Positions 28,485 through 35,484 of a stretch of DNA of 49,202 nt are shown piece by piece. This DNA comes from a bacterium (GTDB lineage Bacteria; Zhuqueibacterota; Zhuqueibacteria; Oceanimicrobiales; Oceanimicrobiaceae): the NCBI GenBank assembly GCA_046757165.1, contig JBHHXT010000017.1, forward strand, positions 1 through 49,202, written 5' to 3'. The notes below the pieces were generated by a model that saw only the letters and a program-made list of their open reading frames with translations, did no database searches and was not told the DNA's origin. Both the position numbers and the translations under genes were made by a program. Positions within the stretch are counted from its first letter, which is position 1. Each line of letters opens with the position of its first letter.

Positions 28485-29186
28485 ATGGAAGGCATACATG
28501 TGTCTGTGGAAAAAGTTGGTCCGAATCAGAATATTTCGGTCATCAAAGTGGGAGGCTACATTGACACCACGACCTCTGCGGAACTAGAGCATGCGCTATC
28601 GAACCTTCTGAAGGCTCATAGTTATAGAATCATTATCGACCTGGGAAACGTCGATTATATTAGCAGCGCTGGCTGGGGTATTTTCATCAGTGAAATAAAG
28701 GGGATTCGTGAGAAAGCGGGGGACCTGAAATTGGTCCGCATGATCCCCGATGTGTATGAGGTATTTGAACTGCTGGAATTTCATTATATTCTCAAGGCTT
28801 TTGACACCCTGGAGGAAGCGATTGCTGATTTCGACAGCGAGAGTGCAGGCTCGGGGGTCGCGTTACCTCCCTACGAATCTGAACAGACTGGCGACGAAAA
28901 GTCTGCTGCCACTTCTCAGGAGGTTAAGACTGACGTCGCGCAGGTGGAGACGCGTTATGAGCCCTCATCAGATGATGCGTATCTGGAGACGATCGAAGAA
29001 AAACTGCGCCAGATCATTATTGAGAAGCCGGACGCAGGGATGTTCCAGTTGATCAGGAGTCTGAATACACCTCGGTTCGGCAACCTGAAGTTGGGCTGGT
29101 TTGAAATGCGCAAGTATTTGAAGCAGTTGAACCTGGAGTCAAAAAAGAAACGGGTTGAGTATTTCAAGCAGAATACTTTTGGTTGA
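28485..29186 (+). CDS. STAS anti-sigma factor antagonist with C-terminal HTH-like domain
   Basis: VGGYIDTTT, IIIDLGNVDYISSAGWG (phosphoacceptor Ser motif), VYEVFELL; about 120-aa extension. Confidence 0.88.
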   Translation: MEGIHVSVEKVGPNQNISVIKVGGYIDTTTSAELEHALSNLLKAHSYRIIIDLGNVDYISSAGWGIFISEIKGIREKAGDLKLVRMIPDVYEVFELLEFHYILKAFDTLEEAIADFDSESAGSGVALPPYESEQTGDEKSAATSQEVKTDVAQVETRYEPSSDDAYLETIEEKLRQIIIEKPDAGMFQLIRSLNTPRFGNLKLGWFEMRKYLKQLNLESKKKRVEYFKQNTFG

Positions 29187-29247
29187 TGCAATGCTGCTTT
29201 CTTATTTTTTTCTCTAGATCTCCCGTCTTGCTGACAGAAGAAAACAT

Positions 29248-29276
29248 TTGCCAAAACCCATATTCTTTCTTACCAT
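29248..29276 (+). promoter_or_regulatory. sigma70-type promoter for obgE-dprA
   Basis: TTGCCA-17 nt-TACCAT. Confidence 0.5.
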
Positions 29277-29323
29277 GTCGTCGCTTGGCTTAGCTAGCCA
29301 GGCCAGCGTTGAATTCCATCATT

Positions 29324-30304
29324 ATGTTTGTCGATCGTGCAAAAATTCGCATCAGAGCCGGAAACGGTGGCAGCGGCTGTGTGAGTTTCCGACGTGAAAA
29401 ATATGTTGCCAAGGGCGGCCCTAACGGCGGCGACGGGGGCAATGGCGGAGATGTTGTGCTTGTCGCAGATACGAACTTGGCGACTCTCCTGGACTTCAAG
29501 TATCGGCCCAATTTCAAAGCAGAGCGCGCTGATCACGGCAAAGGCAGCAACATGCATGGCAGAAACGGTAAGCGCCTGTACCTCAGGGTGCCCCCAGGCA
29601 CCGTTGTCAAAGATGTGGACACGGGCGAGATTTTGGGCGAGATTATGGAGGCGAAGCAAGCGCTGGTCGTGGCGAAAGGGGGTCGCGGTGGCCGCGGCAA
29701 CGCACGGTTCGTCAGTTCAACGAACCGCGCCCCGCGCGAGTGGGAGCAGGGAGAGTTGGGCGAGGAAAAGACACTTGAACTAGAACTCAAGTTGATTGCC
29801 GATGTCGGTTTGGTTGGGTTGCCGAATGCAGGTAAATCCACTTTGATCTCGAAATTGTCAGCCGCCAGACCCAAGATCGCAGACTATCCGTTCACGACGC
29901 TGACCCCAAATCTTGGCATCGTGCAGTACCGGGATTTCAACAGCTTTGTGGTGGCAGATATTCCGGGCTTGATCGAAGGCGCGCATTTGGGCAGGGGGTT
30001 GGGGCATGAGTTTCTCAGACACATCGAGCGCACCAAGGTCTTGATTCTGTTGATTGACAGCACGAGCGACAACTACTCCCAGACCTATACCCTCCTGGTC
30101 GAAGAGTTGCGCCAATTCAACCCCGCGTTGCCGGAAAGAATTGCAATTGTGGCATTGACCAAGATAGACCTTCAGTCGGATGAGACGATTGAACTGGATG
30201 GCCTGTTCGATAGAAAGGTTTGCAGGATCTCGAGTGTCACAGGCGAGGGTCTGACTGAGCTCAAGGATTTGGTTTGGCAACATCTACAAGAAGCTATATT
30301 CTGA
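29324..30304 (+). CDS. obgE: GTPase ObgE/CgtA
   Basis: MFVDRAKI, GGPNGGDGGNGG, GLPNAGKST, DIPG, TKID. Confidence 0.97.
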   Translation: MFVDRAKIRIRAGNGGSGCVSFRREKYVAKGGPNGGDGGNGGDVVLVADTNLATLLDFKYRPNFKAERADHGKGSNMHGRNGKRLYLRVPPGTVVKDVDTGEILGEIMEAKQALVVAKGGRGGRGNARFVSSTNRAPREWEQGELGEEKTLELELKLIADVGLVGLPNAGKSTLISKLSAARPKIADYPFTTLTPNLGIVQYRDFNSFVVADIPGLIEGAHLGRGLGHEFLRHIERTKVLILLIDSTSDNYSQTYTLLVEELRQFNPALPERIAIVALTKIDLQSDETIELDGLFDRKVCRISSVTGEGLTELKDLVWQHLQEAIF

Positions 30305-30305
30305 A

Positions 30306-31409
30306 ATGAATTCGACTTCCGCTGAACTGAAGGCCTTGCTGCGGCTCTCTGCGGTTCCCGGGATTGGGCCAAACCGAATCCGGTCGCTGGTCGGACATCT
30401 CAAATCTGCTGTTCGGGTTCTCAACGCCTCCCGTACCGAATTGACTCAGGTTGAGGGCATCGACACCAAGACTGCAGAGAGTATTCTGCGCTCGGACGGC
30501 CTGACATTTGCCGATGAGCAGCTACGCAGGATGGAGAAGTGTGGTGCGCACGTGGTCACGTTCTGGGACAAGGAGTATCCCGAGCTGCTGAAACGGATTT
30601 ACGACCCTCCCGCGTTTCTGTTTGTCAGAGGAGAGTTCAAGTCAGAAGACAAGTACGCAATTGCCGTGGTGGGGACGCGTCAGCCGACAAACTATGGCCG
30701 AATCGTCGCGGAGAAGTTGACGCAGGAGCTATCTCAGAGCGGTTTGACTATCGTCAGCGGGCTGGCTTATGGCATCGACACCAATGCGCATGCCAACGCG
30801 CTCAACAATGGCGGACGCACCATTGCCGTGCTTGGCTCCGGAGTTGATAACATCTATCCTGCCGAGAATACTCGCCTGGCCGAGAAAATTGCAAATGGCG
30901 GTGCAGTCATTTCCGAGTACCCCATGGGTGCGGAGCCAGACCGGAGCAATTTCCCACGCCGAAATCGCATCATCTGCGGGCTGAGCCTGGGGGTTTTGAT
31001 CATCGAGGCCGGCAGCAAGAGCGGCGCATTGATCACCGCCATGAATGCCCTGGACCAGAACCGAGAAGTTTTTGCTGTTCCCGGCAACATAGACAGTCCA
31101 AAGAGTATCGGCACGAATGATTTGATCAAGCAGGGCGCCAAATGTGTTATGTGCGTCGATGACATTATCGAGGAACTTTCGGTGCAGTTGCAGCCGATTC
31201 TCGAGAACGGAACCCATGACAGGGAGCCAACGCACCTCACTGAAGGAGAAAAGACGATCTTCGAGCACCTTTCTCACGAACCGCTGCACGTTGACGATAT
31301 CGCGAAGCGGTCGGGCCTGTCGACGTCGAAGGTTCTTTCGCTTTTGTTGACCCTGGAATTGAAAAATGTCGTGAGGCAGTTGGCAGGCAAGATGTTTGTG
31401 AAGATTTAA
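30306..31409 (+). CDS. dprA: DNA-processing protein DprA
   Basis: DPPAFLF, AVVGTR, VSGLAYGID, FPRRNRII, SGALITA, C-terminal winged helix. Confidence 0.95.
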   Translation: MNSTSAELKALLRLSAVPGIGPNRIRSLVGHLKSAVRVLNASRTELTQVEGIDTKTAESILRSDGLTFADEQLRRMEKCGAHVVTFWDKEYPELLKRIYDPPAFLFVRGEFKSEDKYAIAVVGTRQPTNYGRIVAEKLTQELSQSGLTIVSGLAYGIDTNAHANALNNGGRTIAVLGSGVDNIYPAENTRLAEKIANGGAVISEYPMGAEPDRSNFPRRNRIICGLSLGVLIIEAGSKSGALITAMNALDQNREVFAVPGNIDSPKSIGTNDLIKQGAKCVMCVDDIIEELSVQLQPILENGTHDREPTHLTEGEKTIFEHLSHEPLHVDDIAKRSGLSTSKVLSLLLTLELKNVVRQLAGKMFVKI

Positions 31410-31410
31410 G

Positions 31411-31439
31411 TTGACTTGTAGACCATTTTTTACTATATT
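31411..31439 (+). promoter_or_regulatory. sigma70-type promoter for the tRNA-Ser pair
   Basis: TTGACT-17 nt-TATATT. Confidence 0.7.
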
Positions 31440-31460
31440 TTTGAGCTTTTTCCCGAAGAC

Positions 31461-31544
31461 GGAGGGCTAGTCCTAATTGGTAAGGCAGCGGTCTTGAAAA
31501 CCGCCGGGTTCACGCCCTTGGGGGTTCGAGTCCCTCGCCCTCCG
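31461..31544 (+). tRNA. tRNA-Ser(TGA)
   Basis: GGAGGGC/GCCCTCC acceptor stem, anticodon arm GCGGT-CTTGAAA-ACCGC, long variable arm, GGTTCGAGTCC; CCA not encoded. Confidence 0.95.
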
Positions 31545-31584
31545 CTTGAGAATTGAGTCCTGATTTTCGACCATAGTTGTTTAC

Positions 31585-31671
31585 GGAGAGGTGGCCGAGC
31601 GGCTGAAGGCACAGGTTTGCTAAACCTGCGTAGGGGCAACTCTACCGAGGGTTCGAATCCCTCCCTCTCCG
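31585..31671 (+). tRNA. tRNA-Ser(GCT)
   Basis: GGAGAGG/CCTCTCC acceptor stem, CAGGT-TTGCTAA-ACCTG, long variable arm, GGTTCGAATCC. Confidence 0.95.
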
Positions 31672-31782
31672 CATTTTTTTGTCCAGTTCTGGAGTCTCAA
31701 TTCTTTGCACGCCAAAGTCACACGGGGAATTGTTTTTGCATTTTTTGCAAAAGATCAAAAACAATAACACCAATAACATAAA

Positions 31783-33267
31783 GTGTCGAGTCAAACCGAA
31801 AACACCAGGGTAAGGTTCGCGCCCAGTCCCACTGGGTATTTGCATGTTGGAGGGGCGCGCACGGCTATTTTCAACTGGCTGTTTGCGCGCAAGCACGGCG
31901 GTACTTTCCTGTTGCGCATTGAGGACACCGATGTCGAGCGTTCCGGGCCTGAGATGGTAGATGCCATTCTGCACAGTATGAAGTGGCTAGGTCTGGAGTG
32001 GGATGAGGAGGTGGTCTATCAGTCGGCAAGACTGGACCTCTACCACAAGCATATTGACGAGCTGATTCTTAACAGCAGCGCGTACAAATGCTTCTGCTCT
32101 AAGAAAACGCTGGAAGAAAGACGGGCACTGGCCAGGCTAGAAAAGCGCGAGTACAAGTACAAGCAAGACCGAACGTGCTTGAATCTCAGCAGCAATCAGG
32201 TCGAGTCTTTTGTGAAGGAGGGAAGACCCTGTGTTGTGCGTCTGAAGCTGTCCGATGGGCAAACGGTGTTTCGTGATGAGATCTACGGCGAAATCAAAGT
32301 CGCTCACAGTCAACTCGACGATTTCATCATCCAGCGCTCAGATGGCACCCCCACCTATCATTTCGCCGTGGTGGTGGATGACCATGAGATGGGAATCACC
32401 CACATTCTGCGCGGCGATGACCATCTATCGAATACACCCAAGCACGTTTTGCTCTACCAGGCTTTCGGATGGCCGCTTCCTGTCTTTGCGCATGTGCCAA
32501 TGATTCTTGGGCCGGATAAGAAAAGGCTCAGTAAGCGGCACGGCGCGACCTCGGTGGGTGAGTATGAAAGAGCAGGCTATCTGCCGGAAGCCATGTTGAA
32601 TTTTCTAACCCTGCTTGGCTGGTCATCCGGAGATGATAGAGAGCTCTTTAATCGCGATGAGCTCATTGAGCATTTTGAGCTGAACGGAATTTCAAAAAAG
32701 AGTGCCGTCTTTGATGAAAAGAAACTCGAGTGGATGAACGGGCAGTACATCATGCAGCTCGACGACAAGGTGCTGCAAAGGCTGGTGATGGCAGAACTGA
32801 TCAGCGCCGGGCTGGTCACCGAGAAGTATGTGGCCGCCAACAAGCTGCTCCTGGACAAGATCCTGGCGCTGCTAAAGCCTCGTGTCAAGAGGCTCAGTGA
32901 CGTTGTCTCCATGAGCCGATATTTTTTTCAGGACCCGCAGGAGTATGAGGAGAAGGGCGTCAGAAAACACTGGAAAGACCCACAACTGATGGTCAAGTTT
33001 GAAGAATTGTCCGGCAGGCTTGCGGATCTCGATATTTTCACGGCAGCCGGCATTGAGCCGGTGATGCGTGGCCTGGCTGAAGAGCACGGTCTGAGTGCGG
33101 CCAAGCTCATCCACCCTACCAGGCTCGCCCTGACCGGTGTCTCCTTCAGTCCCGGCATGTTTGAAGTGATGGAGCTTCTTGGCAAAGAGACCGTGCTGCG
33201 CAGGTTGCACACGGCGATGGATTATCTTCGCAAGCACCCTGTCGAAGAGCAGCGTCCAGGCGCTTAG
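31783..33267 (+). CDS. gltX: Glutamate--tRNA ligase
   Basis: RFAPSPTGYLHVGGART, LRIEDTD, LSKRHG, full anticodon-binding domain. Confidence 0.97.
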   Translation: MSSQTENTRVRFAPSPTGYLHVGGARTAIFNWLFARKHGGTFLLRIEDTDVERSGPEMVDAILHSMKWLGLEWDEEVVYQSARLDLYHKHIDELILNSSAYKCFCSKKTLEERRALARLEKREYKYKQDRTCLNLSSNQVESFVKEGRPCVVRLKLSDGQTVFRDEIYGEIKVAHSQLDDFIIQRSDGTPTYHFAVVVDDHEMGITHILRGDDHLSNTPKHVLLYQAFGWPLPVFAHVPMILGPDKKRLSKRHGATSVGEYERAGYLPEAMLNFLTLLGWSSGDDRELFNRDELIEHFELNGISKKSAVFDEKKLEWMNGQYIMQLDDKVLQRLVMAELISAGLVTEKYVAANKLLLDKILALLKPRVKRLSDVVSMSRYFFQDPQEYEEKGVRKHWKDPQLMVKFEELSGRLADLDIFTAAGIEPVMRGLAEEHGLSAAKLIHPTRLALTGVSFSPGMFEVMELLGKETVLRRLHTAMDYLRKHPVEEQRPGA

Positions 33268-33330
33268 CGCCAGACATCGACAAAGTATTGTCGATAGTTC
33301 ATTTTGGGTCAATCGTTACCTGAAAGAACC

Positions 33331-33442
33331 GTCATTTGAGCTTTGCTCGTCATTTGTTGTCATTTGCCCTGAGGGCGTCATTGAGCGAGCAAGGACCAAA
33401 TGAAGCCCGCAGGGCAAATGACGGCGCAAAGCGCCAAATGAC
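33331..33442. repeat. REP-like composite inverted repeat built from GTCATTTG units and triloop hairpins
   Basis: Left arm GTCATTTG x3 plus GTCATTG; right arm CAAATGA(C) x3; the arms are near reverse complements. Confidence 0.75.
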
Positions 33443-33470
33443 TTTTTTCGCAGCGAAGTCTGCGAAAAAA
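33443..33470. terminator. Hairpin flanked by T and A tracts, terminator-like
   Basis: TTTTTTCGCAG-cgaagt-CTGCGAAAAAA perfect 11-bp inverted repeat. Confidence 0.5.
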
Positions 33471-33490
33471 ATTAGTTTCTTCATCCATTT

Positions 33491-33561
33491 TGGGGTGTCG
33501 TCCAACGGCAGGACACGCGACTCTGGATCGTGTAATCGGGGTTCGAATCCCTGCACCCCAG
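33491..33561 (+). tRNA. tRNA-Gln(CTG)
   Basis: TGGGGTG/CACCCCA acceptor stem, CGCGA-CTCTGGA-TCGTG, GGTTCGAATCC. Confidence 0.95.
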
Positions 33562-33831
33562 CTGCCTATTTTGGGTCGCGCACAGGAAGATTCCTACGCA
33601 CGAAGCGGAAAACCTTGACCTTTCGGCGACCCTCCTTTTGACCCCAACCCCCCATTGCAATCTTTCCCCGGTTCCTTCACCCACCGGACTCTCAATGCGA
33701 AGATGACCCGTCTTGAGACCACAGCTGAGAGTTTTTTCCTCGCAGGTGGCTCTATTAAGGCAGAGACGGGCTTGAGCCCCCTTGGCTAAAGACGCCAGGG
33801 CAAAGTGAATACATAATTCAAGGAGGAGAAA

Positions 33832-34332
33832 ATGTTAACTCTATCCCAAACCAAAAGAGTACTGGTCATGGGGGGGCTGCTCAGCACGGTGTTACTCGCG
33901 GGCTGCGGTGATCAGATCGTTGATCCCGGGCAGGATGGCGATGATGAGCAAAAGACAACAACGCAGGCGGAAATCGTCGGGACGGTTACTCTGGATCCAG
34001 GAATCGACATCGACCTCAAGAATGCTCGCGTTGCGATCTATGCCGGTATTCTGGATTTCGTCGCGGAGGTCGCAACCGAGACGACCAGTCTCAGGGGTGA
34101 TTCACCGCAGTTTTCCTTTCAGACCGGTCCGCTGAATCCAGGCAATTATTTTCTTGATATCTGGAAGGACTTCAACCTTGATGGCACGATAGACACTGAC
34201 GATTTCTACGTGGTCTTTGGCGCCGACATCGACGAACCGACAGCGATCAAGGTGTTGGAGCAGGAGAGTAAGCAGATCGATCTTAGAATCAAGGTCGGTG
34301 ATAGCTCGACTTTGGTTCTCGTGCTGATGTAA
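33832..34332 (+). CDS. Lipoprotein of unknown function
   Basis: Lipobox LLAGC, AGGAG RBS, DFNLDGTIDTDD Dx[DN]xDG Ca-binding-like loop. Confidence 0.7.
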   Translation: MLTLSQTKRVLVMGGLLSTVLLAGCGDQIVDPGQDGDDEQKTTTQAEIVGTVTLDPGIDIDLKNARVAIYAGILDFVAEVATETTSLRGDSPQFSFQTGPLNPGNYFLDIWKDFNLDGTIDTDDFYVVFGADIDEPTAIKVLEQESKQIDLRIKVGDSSTLVLVLM

Positions 34333-34360
34333 GGCTTTAGTGAAACCAGGAAGATTTGCC

Positions 34361-35290
34361 ATGAGAGAATATTTACGCAGATTTCGAGCAAACAGGAGCA
34401 TAGGAGTGCTCTTGTTGGCACTGTATTCTGGGGGAAGCTTTGGCTTCGTTCATGCCCAGCATAACGATGGCAGAGTCAAGCCAACGGTGGTCTACAAAAT
34501 ATTGAAGAAGGTGCCGTTGATCAACAAAGGCAGCAAAGATGGACTCTTCGTCGGGCAGGAGCTGAGGGTGATTCGAAGATACCGCGGCGGCGGCACCGTT
34601 CATGTCGGCAAGGCGAAGGTCAGGGCGTTAGGCAAGAAGATAGCCGCGATTCGAGTTGTACAATTTGAAGACGGCCAGTTTGTTCAGGTCGGGGACGTAG
34701 TTTTGTTCGATGAGTCCCCCGGGGTGACGATAGCGGAACTGGATGGGAAGAACGGACAGAATGGCGCAGGACACAAGCAAACCGGTCTGACGGGCGTTGG
34801 CTTGAAAGCCGGTCTGAACGTGTCCAACTTCAGCAGAACGGTCGGGGTCAGCAATCGTATGTTTGGCGCCGGGGCGATTACAGGTGCAAGCGCCGGTGGC
34901 TTTTTGACCTATCGTCTTACGCCAGCGTTCGCGTTCCAGCCAGAGGTGCTTTATACGATGAAAGGTGCGGATATCGGAGGGACTCTATCACAACTGAGTG
35001 TGAACTATGTTGAGGTTCCCTTGCTTCTAAAGCTGACCGTCCCATCTCAGATGGGGCCCAACCTGTTTGTCGGACCGACGTTCTCGTACAAACTTTGGTC
35101 CAGGCGCAGTGCCAAAATCGAAACCCTCAACGTGTGGGACTACGGGTTCGTGTTTGGACTGGGAGTGAATGCAGGTCCGTTCACAGTCGATACGAGATTC
35201 ATTCTGGGGATGCCTTCGATCGCCGCGTCTCCAGGCATTCTGGGCATCAGAAACAACGTGTTCTCGATTATGGCCGGGTATTCGTTCTGA
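34361..35290 (+). CDS. Outer-membrane beta-barrel (PorT/porin family) with N-terminal FlgT-C-like domain
   Basis: GLKAGLNVS, FQPEVLYTMKG, YVEVPLLLK, C-terminal GYSF; N-terminal INKGSKDGL.VG...V...VQVGDVV. Confidence 0.7.
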   Translation: MREYLRRFRANRSIGVLLLALYSGGSFGFVHAQHNDGRVKPTVVYKILKKVPLINKGSKDGLFVGQELRVIRRYRGGGTVHVGKAKVRALGKKIAAIRVVQFEDGQFVQVGDVVLFDESPGVTIAELDGKNGQNGAGHKQTGLTGVGLKAGLNVSNFSRTVGVSNRMFGAGAITGASAGGFLTYRLTPAFAFQPEVLYTMKGADIGGTLSQLSVNYVEVPLLLKLTVPSQMGPNLFVGPTFSYKLWSRRSAKIETLNVWDYGFVFGLGVNAGPFTVDTRFILGMPSIAASPGILGIRNNVFSIMAGYSF

Positions 35291-35335
35291 GCCGGGCCAG
35301 ATAGCCGGGACTGAGATCCACTTGCCTTAGTGAGT

Positions 35336-35367
35336 AAAAAGCCTGCATGACAATTGCGGGCTTTTTT
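35336..35367 (+). terminator. Rho-independent terminator, possibly bidirectional
   Basis: AAAAAGCCTGCA-tgacaat-TGCGGGCTTTTTT. Confidence 0.8.
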
Positions 35368-35368
35368 G

Positions 35369-35397
35369 TTTACATCATGAAATATTTTGCCTACCTT
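35369..35397 (+). promoter_or_regulatory. sigma70-type promoter candidate
   Basis: TTTACA-17 nt-TACCTT immediately after the terminator. Confidence 0.45.
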
Positions 35398-35484
35398 CAA
35401 TAACGAGTTTCAATTGGAATCTGCCCGAATTTGGCAACTGACGTGCTTCGTAGATCGTTGGAAGCAACCCCGAGACATTGGAAG

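Noticed and set aside
31724..31740. GG-N10-GC motif upstream of gltX
   Set aside because: The -24 element (GGGAAT) is a poor match, and sigma-54 control of gltX is unlikely
33331..33442. CRISPR array or c-di-GMP riboswitch
   Set aside because: Units are 8 nt with 2-12 nt spacers in inverted orientation, there are no cas genes, and the GCAAA-containing parts do not give the riboswitch architecture
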